Assembly (NCBI GenBank): GCA_965552055.1
Contig: CBEVQO010000005.1
Span: forward strand, 96,001 to 160,000
DNA length: 64,000 nucleotides
Direction of reading: 5' to 3'
Origin: an uncultured bacterium
GTDB taxonomy: Bacteria; Hydrothermota; UBA3073; NMUJ01; CBEVQO01
Shown piece after piece: positions 55,672 through 64,000 of the stretch. The notes under the pieces were generated by a model. It worked only from the letters and a program-made list of their open reading frames with translations, was not told the origin of the DNA and ran no database searches. The position numbers and the translations under genes were made by a program. Positions within the stretch are counted from its first letter, which is position 1. Each line of letters opens with the position of its first letter.

Positions 55672-56877
55672 ATGAATGAAATACTTACATTATTAAAAGA
55701 GGTTTCGCAAAAGACGGATACGAAGATATTGCTACTTGTGATAGATGGAGTAGGTGGCTTACCTGTTTCTGGCAAAACCGAGTTAGAAGCAGCCAATACG
55801 CCGAATCTCGATGAACTCGCAAAGAAAAGCGCACTCGGACTGACAGACCCTGTATTTCCCGGTATAACCCCTGGTAGTGGACCCGGGCATCTATCACTTT
55901 TTGGCTATGACCCGATAAAATGGAATATCGGAAGAGGGGTGCTCGAAGCACTTGGAGTTGGGCTTACTCTTTCTAAAAAGGATATAGCCATAAGGGGAAA
56001 CTTTGCTACAATCGAAAATGGAGTCATTACAGATAGAAGAGCAGGAAGAATTCCCACAGAAGAAAATAAAAAAATTTGTCAGAGGTTAGCGGAAAATATA
56101 AAAAAGATTGAAGATGTTGAAATACTGATAACTCCCGGAAAAGAGCACAGATTTGTGCTGGTATTACGGGGAGAGAATTTAGGTGATAAAGTTTGCGATA
56201 CCGACCCGCAACAGACAGGAAAACCACCAATAGAGCCAAAAGCAATAGAAGAAGATGAAGGTTCTAAAAAAACCGCTAAAATTTTGAAAAAATTCGTAGA
56301 AGAAGCAACGAAATATCTGGAAAAGCCGGCAAATTATATTTTATTAAGAGGAATTTCAAAACCGCCAGATATTCCACCGATGCAGGAAGTTTATAAAATA
56401 AAACCATGTGCGATAGCAACCTATCCGATGTATAAAGGAATAGCAAAACTTGTGGGAATGGATGTAGTGGAATGCGGGACCACACTTGAAGAACAGGTAA
56501 AAGCTTTAAAAGAAAATTGGGATAAATATGACTTTTTCTATTTTCATGTAAAGAAAACAGATTCAATGGGTGAAGATGGTAATTTTGAGGGTAAAGTTAA
56601 ACTTATTGAAGAGGTTGATAAAATAATCCCTGATTTACTTTCTTTGAATCCCGATGTTTTTGTGATAACGGGTGACCATTCTACTCCTTGCGTTCTTAAG
56701 TCTCATTCATGGCATCCGAATCCTTTTTTGCTTTATTCAAAATATGTGATACCTGATGATGGTAAAAGATTTACAGAGAGAGAATGTGCGAAAGGTATTC
56801 TTGGTAGATTTCCTGCACTTTATGCAATGTCCTTAATGCTTGCCAATGCTTTAAAGTTGAAAAAATACGGTGCTTAG
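55672..56877 (+). CDS. apgM: 2,3-bisphosphoglycerate-independent phosphoglycerate mutase (archaeal ApgM type)
   Basis: IDGVGG, TELEAANTPNLD, PGSGPGHLSLFGY and TGDHSTP motifs. Confidence 0.93.
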   Translation: MNEILTLLKEVSQKTDTKILLLVIDGVGGLPVSGKTELEAANTPNLDELAKKSALGLTDPVFPGITPGSGPGHLSLFGYDPIKWNIGRGVLEALGVGLTLSKKDIAIRGNFATIENGVITDRRAGRIPTEENKKICQRLAENIKKIEDVEILITPGKEHRFVLVLRGENLGDKVCDTDPQQTGKPPIEPKAIEEDEGSKKTAKILKKFVEEATKYLEKPANYILLRGISKPPDIPPMQEVYKIKPCAIATYPMYKGIAKLVGMDVVECGTTLEEQVKALKENWDKYDFFYFHVKKTDSMGEDGNFEGKVKLIEEVDKIIPDLLSLNPDVFVITGDHSTPCVLKSHSWHPNPFLLYSKYVIPDDGKRFTERECAKGILGRFPALYAMSLMLANALKLKKYGA

Positions 56878-57657
56878 TTATTCTCGTTCAGGATAAAGCA
56901 CGATAATTAAATCTTTTCCACCCGGACCTTTTTCTTTTAAAGGTTCGCCTTTTTCATCGAATCCCAAGATACCGTAAGATATGGCGTAATTCTTGCCTCT
57001 TGGTGCATAGTATCCATAAGCGAGATAACCTGGTTTTCCGCGCATTTGACCATTTATGCCTTTGGGGTCCCTATCTTCGCAATCTGCTTCACGGAAATAG
57101 GTGAAAAGTTTAATTCCGCATTTCACATAAGTTTCGCCTTTTTTCAATACATATCCTTTTGTTCGAATGATTTTTCTTGGATAAACTTCGCCTTTTTTCA
57201 ATACATATCCCGCAGTAAAAGTATCGGCTTTGATTACGAGTGAGTCCCCAACCTTTTCCTGTCTGAATTTTATGTAAACATCGCCTTCTTTTAAAGTATC
57301 GCCTTCCTTTAAGAATTCTATCTGGACGAGGGTATCGCCTTCTCCTAGAGTATCCCCTTCTTTCAGCACAGTATATTTTGGTAGCGGTTTTCCCGTGTAT
57401 GGATTTACCGGGTATTCGAAGAATTCTTCGATTTGCTGAATGGATGTTGGATATTTCCCATCGTGGAATGCTGCATACTGTTCGACAGCGGCTTTTAGTT
57501 TATACATGTTCAGTTTCACCTCGTATCTTTTATTTTGCAGTTCATACTGTTTGTACTGTGGGATTGCGAGTATGAGTATTACGCAGACCGCGGCTACACC
57601 AATTCCAATATCCAGAGCAATTAAAGCCTTTCTACTAATTTTGCCCCCCTTCTTCAA
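56878..57657 (-). CDS. Pilin/pseudopilin-like protein with degenerate N-terminal motif and internal repeats
   Basis: Hydrophobic helix ending ILAIPQY; VKLNM..LK.AVEQY...HDGKYP and PVNPYTG resemble GspG-like pilins. Confidence 0.55.
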   Translation of the reverse strand: MKKGGKISRKALIALDIGIGVAAVCVILILAIPQYKQYELQNKRYEVKLNMYKLKAAVEQYAAFHDGKYPTSIQQIEEFFEYPVNPYTGKPLPKYTVLKEGDTLGEGDTLVQIEFLKEGDTLKEGDVYIKFRQEKVGDSLVIKADTFTAGYVLKKGEVYPRKIIRTKGYVLKKGETYVKCGIKLFTYFREADCEDRDPKGINGQMRGKPGYLAYGYYAPRGKNYAISYGILGFDEKGEPLKEKGPGGKDLIIVLYPERE

Positions 57658-58096
57658 ATTTTACAACTTCAATTCCTGCTTCTTTTAGAATCTCTTTTGC
57701 AAATTCATCGGGATAACCTTCCTTATAAACTATTTTTTTAATTCCTGCGTTTATCAACATTTTTGCGCATGTAAAACATGGATGATGCGTTATGTAAATT
57801 GTTGCGCCATTTAAATTTGCGCCCAATTTTGCTGCCTGAATTATTACATTTTGTTCTGCATGTACTCCCCTGCAGAGTTCCTGTCTTTCACCTGCAGGTA
57901 TTTTTAATTTTTCGCGTAAACAGCCGATTTCTTCGCAATGTTTTAAATTTTCGGGTGCCCCATTATAACCTGTTGCAATTATTCTTTTATCTTTCACGGC
58001 TACTGCTCCCACTTTTCTTCGTAAACAGGTCGAACGAGTAGCAACGAGTTGCGCGATTTCCATAAAATAAGCATCCCATGACAAACGCTTACTCAT
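57635..58096 (-). CDS. dCMP deaminase (ComEB family)
   Basis: [20 protein letters not shown] and PCFTC motifs. Confidence 0.93.
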   Translation of the reverse strand: MSKRLSWDAYFMEIAQLVATRSTCLRRKVGAVAVKDKRIIATGYNGAPENLKHCEEIGCLREKLKIPAGERQELCRGVHAEQNVIIQAAKLGANLNGATIYITHHPCFTCAKMLINAGIKKIVYKEGYPDEFAKEILKEAGIEVVKFEEGGQN

Positions 58097-59349
58097 TCAT
58101 ATTCCTCCAAGACATCGTCATATAAAGGAAATTGTGAACATAATTCCTTTACTTCTTCTCTTACTTTTTCAATCGTCTTTTCGTCATCGATATTCGATAA
58201 AACTTTATCTATTAATTCTGCTATTTTTTTCATTTCTTCCTCTTTCATACCTCTTGTTGTAACAGCAGGGGTTCCCAGTCGTATTCCGCTTGGGTCAAAA
58301 GGTTTTCTTGGGTCAAATGGGATTGTATTTTTGTTAACCGTAATACCCGCACGCTCAAGCGCTTCTTCTGCTTGTTTCCCAGTAATTCCTTTGTTTCTTA
58401 AATCAACGAGCATCAGATGGTTATCGGTTCCTCCCGATACTAACCTATATCCTCTTTTCATAAGTTCTTCTGCGAGTGTTTTTGCATTTTTAACGATTTG
58501 TTTTTGATATTCTTTAAATTCTTCGGTCATTGCTTCTTTAAAGCAAACAGCTTTTGCTGCAATTATATGCATATGGGGTCCGCCTTGAAGCCCTGGAAAC
58601 ACCCATTTATCCACAGCTTTTGCGTGTTCTTCTTTGCACATTATTATCGCGCTTCGAGGTCCTCTTAGGGTTTTGTGAGTAGTAGTAGTTACAACATCTG
58701 CATAAGGTACAGGTGAAGGATGCAAACCTGCTACAACGAGTCCTGCTATATGCGCAATGTCTGCAACATGATAAGCACCTACATCATCGCAAATTTCTTT
58801 AAATTTATCAAAATGGATGATGCGGGGATATGCACTTGCACCCGATACTATTATCTTTGGTTTATGTTCTTTTGCTAATCTCCAGATTTCGTCATAATTG
58901 AGCATTTCGGTTTCTGGGTCAACTGTATAGTGGACTGCATTGAACCATATTCCGGAGAAACTTACTTTATGTCCGTGTGACAAATGTCCGCCGTGAGCCA
59001 GTGCCATACCCATTATTGTATCGCCTGGTTTTGCGAGTGCAGCATAAGCAGCCATATTCGCAGGCACTCCAGATAAAGGTTGTACATTAACATGGTCACA
59101 GCCAAATAATTTTTTCGCTCGCTCAATAGCAAGGCGCTCAACTTCATCAACCCATTTACATCCACCATAATATCTTTTTCCGGGATAACCTTCAGCATAT
59201 TTATTTGTCATAACACAGCCCATTGCTTCAAGAACTGCTTTTGAAGTAAAATTTTCGGATGGAATTAATTCAAGAGTGTTTCTCTGTCTCCCTATTTCTC
59301 CTTTTATTGCCTCATACACCTCTGGGTCGACTTCTTTTAACTTAAGCAT
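58093..59349 (-). CDS. glyA: Serine hydroxymethyltransferase
   Basis: [32 protein letters not shown] and SGIRLGTPA motifs. Confidence 0.97.
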   Translation of the reverse strand: MLKLKEVDPEVYEAIKGEIGRQRNTLELIPSENFTSKAVLEAMGCVMTNKYAEGYPGKRYYGGCKWVDEVERLAIERAKKLFGCDHVNVQPLSGVPANMAAYAALAKPGDTIMGMALAHGGHLSHGHKVSFSGIWFNAVHYTVDPETEMLNYDEIWRLAKEHKPKIIVSGASAYPRIIHFDKFKEICDDVGAYHVADIAHIAGLVVAGLHPSPVPYADVVTTTTHKTLRGPRSAIIMCKEEHAKAVDKWVFPGLQGGPHMHIIAAKAVCFKEAMTEEFKEYQKQIVKNAKTLAEELMKRGYRLVSGGTDNHLMLVDLRNKGITGKQAEEALERAGITVNKNTIPFDPRKPFDPSGIRLGTPAVTTRGMKEEEMKKIAELIDKVLSNIDDEKTIEKVREEVKELCSQFPLYDDVLEEYE

Positions 59350-59797
59350 AATTCCCTCCGGATGATTTTTCTATTTCTTTTATTTTGTTAAATCTTCTCT
59401 CATGTCTTCCGCCTTCAAATTCTGTTTTTAAAAATATTTCTACCATTTTTTTAGCTTTCTCAGCATCAATAAAATCTGCTGGTAATGCGATTATATTTGC
59501 GTTGTTATGCTGGCGTGCTCTTTTGGCAAGTTCTTCATCCCAGCATAGTGCGCAATATGCACCTTTTACTTTATTTGCCGTTATCGACATACCGATACCA
59601 GAGCCACATATTAAAATGCCTTTATGCGCTTCACCCTTTGCCACGATTTCCGCTACTTTTTTGCCAAAATCAGGATAATCACAGGAAGCAGTAGAATTAG
59701 TTCCACAATCTATTATTTCATGCTCTTTCTCTAAATATTTCTTTAGTTCCTCTTTTAATTTATAACCTCTGTGGTCTGCACCCATTACTATTTTCAT
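59342..59797 (-). CDS. rpiB: Ribose-5-phosphate isomerase B
   Basis: GADHRG, DYPD, CGSGIG, HNNAN and FEGGRH motifs. Confidence 0.95.
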   Translation of the reverse strand: MKIVMGADHRGYKLKEELKKYLEKEHEIIDCGTNSTASCDYPDFGKKVAEIVAKGEAHKGILICGSGIGMSITANKVKGAYCALCWDEELAKRARQHNNANIIALPADFIDAEKAKKMVEIFLKTEFEGGRHERRFNKIKEIEKSSGGNYA

Positions 59798-59802
59798 CTT
59801 AA

Positions 59803-59864
59803 ATTTTAAACAAAATACAAAAGTGTCAAGAAAAATATTGACAATCTTAAGAAATTTGTATCAT
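59803..59864. promoter_or_regulatory. Divergent N15 promoters for rpiB and wzm
   Basis: Minus: TTGACA (59829-59824)-N15-TAAAAT-N5-ATG. Plus: TTGACA (59838-59843)-N15-TATCAT-N6-GTG. Confidence 0.72.
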
Positions 59865-59870
59865 ATTGTA

Positions 59871-60692
59871 GTGAAGAGAGAAATCATAATAAAACCCAGT
59901 CGTGGTATAAACTGGCGTGCTCTGAAAGAGATAAAGCACTATAAAGATTTGCTTTTCTTTTTCATCTGGAAAGAGTTTAAAGTTCGTTATAAGCAAACTT
60001 TACTTGGTGTTGCATGGGCTATTTTGCGTCCTGTTATTCAAATGTTAATATTCACTTTAATTTTCCACAAATTTGCGAAAATACCTTCTGAAGGGATACC
60101 TTATCCTGTTTATGCTTATTGCGGGTTATTACCATGGCAGCTTTTTTCTCTGGGACTTGGTAGGGCAAGCGAAAGTGTGGTGGGCAATGCTTCTATAATA
60201 ACAAAAGTTTACTTCCCAAGAATTATTCTGCCTCTATCTTATACTCTGGGCGGGCTTATTGATTTTGGGCTTCAGTTTTTTGTTTTGATAATTTTAATGT
60301 TGATATTTGGAATAAAAATAGGTTTGAGTATTCTTTTCATTCCTTTTTTCATAATTCTTGCTTTATTGTCTTCTCTGAGTGTTGGGATTTTATTTTCTGC
60401 TCTAAATGTTAAATTCAGGGATATTCGTCATCTGATGCCGTTTTTGACTCAAGTATGGTTTTTTGCCACACCTATAGTTTATTCACATGAAATAATTCCA
60501 GAAAAATTCAGGTTAATTATGAGGATAAATCCAATGACAGGGGTAGTTGAAGGTTTCAGATGGTCGCTATTAAACAAAGGCAGTGTAGATTTTCAAGCGA
60601 TTTTATTTTCGGTTATAATAGTTTCTTTTCTGATATTCGTAGGTTTACTTTATTTTTCGAAGGTAGAGCGAGAATTTGCAGATATAGTATAA
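59871..60692 (+). CDS. wzm: ABC-2 polysaccharide exporter permease
   Basis: KVRYKQTLLGVAW, KVYFPR, TPIVY, NPM and EREFADIV motifs. Confidence 0.92.
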   Translation: MKREIIIKPSRGINWRALKEIKHYKDLLFFFIWKEFKVRYKQTLLGVAWAILRPVIQMLIFTLIFHKFAKIPSEGIPYPVYAYCGLLPWQLFSLGLGRASESVVGNASIITKVYFPRIILPLSYTLGGLIDFGLQFFVLIILMLIFGIKIGLSILFIPFFIILALLSSLSVGILFSALNVKFRDIRHLMPFLTQVWFFATPIVYSHEIIPEKFRLIMRINPMTGVVEGFRWSLLNKGSVDFQAILFSVIIVSFLIFVGLLYFSKVEREFADIV

Positions 60693-60725
60693 CTTGACAA
60701 TTTTAAAATATGAATAAAATAAGAG

Positions 60726-61925
60726 ATGAAGACAATAATTGTTGAAAATTTGAGTAAATGTTATAGAAAAGGAGGCTATAATCCTTATCAAAGTTTAAGA
60801 GATGCATTTTCTGGCATTTTGAGGAAGAGAAGAGAAGACGGAATTATATGGGCTCTTAAGGATGTGAGTTTTGAGGTTGAAGAGGGGGAAGTTTTAGGAA
60901 TTATAGGTCCAAACGGAGCTGGTAAAACAACTCTTTTAAAGATATTGTCGAGAATTACGGAGCCAACGAGTGGCAGAGCGATAGTTAGGGGTAGGGTGGG
61001 TTCTTTGCTTGAAGTGGGTGTAGGTTTTCATCCAGAGTTAACCGGAAGAGAGAACATTTACCTGAATGGAGCAATACTTGGTATGAAGAAATCGGAGATA
61101 GACAGGAAGTTTGATGAAATTGTTGAATTTGCAGAATTATCCGAATTTATAGATACACCGATAAAATATTACTCAAGTGGAATGAGGTTGAGATTGGCTT
61201 TTTCGGTTGCTGCTTTCCTTGACACGGATATAGTTTTGGTGGATGAAGTACTTGCAGTGGGTGATGTTGCTTTTCAAAGGAAATGCTTGGGTCAAATGGA
61301 TGATGTAACGAAAAAAGGAAAAACTGTTCTTTTTGTTAGTCATCAAATGAATCAGGTGAGAAAACTTTGTAAAAGGGCTTTGTGGTTAGAAGGAGGGGAA
61401 ATAAAAAAGGTAGGATACACTGAAGAAGTTGTAAGCGCGTATGAGAAGGCTTCCATTGGGATAGAAAGGGTAACTACCGTTAGGAATTTTACAGGAGGAA
61501 AGTTTTTCAAATGGGAAATAATCTCACCACGGGGTCCGAAACCTAATATTTTAATAGACGACGAGAATGTGAGAATAAAGTTTTGGGTGAAAATAGATAA
61601 AGAAATTCAAAGAGGAGTACATGGCATTGCGTTATTCGATAAAGAAGGGAAATTGCTATGGGCATATGGATTCTATAATTTGAAACTAACCCGAGGCGTC
61701 CATTCACTCACTTACCATTTTAAAATTTTACCTTTAACTCCTGGTCATTATTTTTGGAAAGTAAGTTTATATGATGAGGATAAAATAATAGATGCATGGG
61801 ACTGTTTACCTGAAATGATAGTAGCGACAAAAATTATTTCACATAGGTGTGATAAATGGGTTGGTATATTAAATTTAAAATTTGATTTTGAATGTGCTTT
61901 AGAAAATGAAAAAAATCTTTATTAA
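60726..61925 (+). CDS. wzt: Polysaccharide ABC exporter ATPase with C-terminal carbohydrate-binding domain
   Basis: GPNGAGKTT, YSSGM, VDEVLAVGD and C-terminal Wzt-C region; own promoter TTGACA(60694)-N15-TAAAAT-N5-ATG. Confidence 0.92.
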   Translation: MKTIIVENLSKCYRKGGYNPYQSLRDAFSGILRKRREDGIIWALKDVSFEVEEGEVLGIIGPNGAGKTTLLKILSRITEPTSGRAIVRGRVGSLLEVGVGFHPELTGRENIYLNGAILGMKKSEIDRKFDEIVEFAELSEFIDTPIKYYSSGMRLRLAFSVAAFLDTDIVLVDEVLAVGDVAFQRKCLGQMDDVTKKGKTVLFVSHQMNQVRKLCKRALWLEGGEIKKVGYTEEVVSAYEKASIGIERVTTVRNFTGGKFFKWEIISPRGPKPNILIDDENVRIKFWVKIDKEIQRGVHGIALFDKEGKLLWAYGFYNLKLTRGVHSLTYHFKILPLTPGHYFWKVSLYDEDKIIDAWDCLPEMIVATKIISHRCDKWVGILNLKFDFECALENEKNLY

Positions 61926-63558
61926 GAAAATAATTAATTTTTTTCCTTTGAATTTTTTAAAAATTTGTCTTTATTTCTTACTTTTAAAAAAGAGAATTAT
62001 TTGTCTGCAAGAATGGAAAACTGGATTTATAGAAAAAAGAGGTAATATTCTTGTGAAATTACGCAGAATTATTTTTGAGAGATTAAGGGAGAATTTGAAT
62101 TTCTTAACTCTCCCTTGGTATTATGGAACAAGATTATTTTTACCGTCAAAAAGTGAAATTACTCGAAATTTAGCTGTCGAAAATATATATGAGCCCTGTG
62201 AACTTAAATTTGTTTATCAATTTTTAAAAAGGAAAATGACTTTTATCGATATAGGAGCTCATAATGGGGTTTATACCATATTTGGAGCTAAAAAAGTAGG
62301 CGAAGAAGGGAAAGTATTAGCAATTGAGCCTAGTAAAAGAGAATTCAATATATTAAGGATGAATGTAAGACGCAATAAATTAAAAAACATTAAATTAATT
62401 AACGACGCAGTTGGAGAAAAAGACGAAGAGAGATTTTTAAAAATAGCTCAAATTCAAAAAAGCGGGCATAATACCTTTTACAATTTTGTATACGAACAAA
62501 CAAAATTAGCATATTATCAAAAGGTAAAAATAAGAACGCTGGATGAAATTATAGAAAAAGAAAAAATAAAACCCGATTTGATCAAAATAGATACAGAGGG
62601 AAGTGAATATGATATTTTAAAGGGAGCGCAAAATACCATTAAGAAATATAGACCTGCATTTTTGATTGAAATTCATAAGAACAAAGAGGAAATATTTAAA
62701 TTGCTTAAAAAATATAATTACAGAATACTACCAGCTGGTCAATGCTTTAAAATACTGCCTTCTTTTAAAACTAGCAGGAGAAAAGGAAAGTTTATTTTAA
62801 TTACAGGAATAGGACATTGTGGTACCAAGTGGTTAGCGACTGTTTTGAATTCCTTCGATAAAGAGGTGAAATTCTATCATGAATATAAACTGACTGTAAC
62901 AGGATTAAAATGGGATGAAGCCTTAGAATATGAATTACAAAAAGGATTGGGTGCCATTTTCATACCTTATTTTGATTTTATGGAAGAATTACTTACTTTC
63001 TGCAAAATAGTAGGCGATTCAAATTCATGGACTATGCTTATGATTCCTGAAATTCATAAAAGAATAAAGGTTGATTTAGTAATTTATCTTGTGCGAAATG
63101 GTATACAGAATGTTCATTCTTGTTATTATCATAATATAAATCTTCCGGAAGATCATTTTTTTTATAAAACTTTTTTAAAAAAATATGCGGAGATAACGGG
63201 AGAAAGTGAATTTGATAAATACGATAAATGGGAGAGATGGTGTTTTTGGTGGAAAGTTAATAGATATATGCCTGAATGGTTAAAAGAAAAAATAGGTTCA
63301 GATAAGGTGTATGTTTTCCGCCTTGAAGACTTAATTATGAATGTAGATTATTTATTCAATATTTTTAAGCTAATAATTAATGAGTGTAAAGTGAAAAAAT
63401 CTTATTTGAAAAAAATGCAGAAAAAAGATATTAATAGAAAAATAGGGGGAGATAGAACGCCGCGTAAATTATGGCAAAAATGGTCAGACGAACAAAAAGA
63501 AAAGTTCTTGAAAATATGCGGAGATACAATGAGATATTATAGTTACGGAATACCCTAG
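61906..63558 (+). CDS. FkbM-family methyltransferase fused to a sulfotransferase-like domain
   Basis: FIDIGAHNG, IEP and IKIDTEGSE motifs; then ITGIGHCGTKWL...HE, YLVRNG and RLEDL. Confidence 0.75.
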   Translation: MKKIFIKKIINFFPLNFLKICLYFLLLKKRIICLQEWKTGFIEKRGNILVKLRRIIFERLRENLNFLTLPWYYGTRLFLPSKSEITRNLAVENIYEPCELKFVYQFLKRKMTFIDIGAHNGVYTIFGAKKVGEEGKVLAIEPSKREFNILRMNVRRNKLKNIKLINDAVGEKDEERFLKIAQIQKSGHNTFYNFVYEQTKLAYYQKVKIRTLDEIIEKEKIKPDLIKIDTEGSEYDILKGAQNTIKKYRPAFLIEIHKNKEEIFKLLKKYNYRILPAGQCFKILPSFKTSRRKGKFILITGIGHCGTKWLATVLNSFDKEVKFYHEYKLTVTGLKWDEALEYELQKGLGAIFIPYFDFMEELLTFCKIVGDSNSWTMLMIPEIHKRIKVDLVIYLVRNGIQNVHSCYYHNINLPEDHFFYKTFLKKYAEITGESEFDKYDKWERWCFWWKVNRYMPEWLKEKIGSDKVYVFRLEDLIMNVDYLFNIFKLIINECKVKKSYLKKMQKKDINRKIGGDRTPRKLWQKWSDEQKEKFLKICGDTMRYYSYGIP

Positions 63559-64000
63559 GATATTACGCGTGGATTTAGAAAAATTGCATCGCCCCATTTG
63601 ATTCTGAGAGAAGGGGTATACCTTAAATTATAGAAATTGAATAAGAAATAATTTTTCTCGTATAAAAACTTGCAAATGTCATGAAAAAGAGATTGATTTT
63701 TATATAAAGGTATAAACATGATTTCTGTGAAAATGAGCCATATTCTCTTTTCAGTAAGCATTCTCTCGGCTCCCTTCAAGGCTTTTAACTCAGCTCCTTG
63801 AATATCCATTTTTAGGATATGAATTTCTTCGATGTTTTTATCCTCACAAAATTCATCGAGCGTTGAAGAAAATACTTTGATGATGTTTTTAGTTTCTAAG
63901 TCCTTTATATTATTAACAAATTTTTTACTGGACTCCATAACAGGTAATAAAGAATTTGTCGCTTCATTTTTGTTTATAAAAAATTGAGTTTCCCCTGTTT
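63555..64000 (-). CDS. FkbM-family methyltransferase, 5' end beyond the window
   Basis: TLDEF, ILKMDIQGAE and WGDAIF motifs; frame open to the window edge (…FFINKNEATNSLLP…). Confidence 0.85.
   Translation of the reverse strand, partial: TGETQFFINKNEATNSLLPVMESSKKFVNNIKDLETKNIIKVFSSTLDEFCEDKNIEEIHILKMDIQGAELKALKGAERMLTEKRIWLIFTEIMFIPLYKNQSLFHDICKFLYEKNYFLFNFYNLRYTPSLRIKWGDAIFLNPRVIS

Noticed and set aside
299..59694. Numerous short antisense or nested ORFs in the ORF track (e.g. 1241-1672, 18377-18988, 37841-38158)
   Set aside because: They shadow well-supported genes, lack motifs and lack their own promoters.

Overview
64 kb of an AT-rich, gene-dense chromosome from a diderm anaerobic bacterium, probably a thermophile. 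LptE and secreted proteins with T9SS/FlgD-like C-terminal domains suggest an FCB-related lineage such as WOR-3; this is inference only. Main content: (1) a ~15 kb operon (2761-17542) for an Mrp-linked group 4 membrane-bound [NiFe]-hydrogenase, headed by an AsrA/AsrB (HydB/HydG, Flx-like) NAD(P)H module; (2) an HdrA(L)-MvhD-protease-HdrC-HdrB cluster; (3) housekeeping genes (pckA, gdhA, tldD/pmbA, nfi, fabD, apgM, glyA, rpiB) and the start of a wzm/wzt glycan locus. Three unexplained patterns stand out. (a) Nearly every intergenic promoter (16-17 cases) is TTGACA-N15-TAnAAT, a 15-bp spacer instead of the canonical 17, and about 12 are leaderless. (b) Seven small foreign genes (four PaREP1/HEPN-like, three retropepsin-like Asp proteases) sit at five stop/start overlaps inside the hydrogenase operon, several bounded by short duplications of the downstream start region. 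(c) A dispersed GC-rich repeat family with tandem G.A hairpins, a G-tract end and a variable-length centre lies between stop codons and promoters. No rRNA, tRNA or CRISPR array was seen. All calls are by eye, without database searches.
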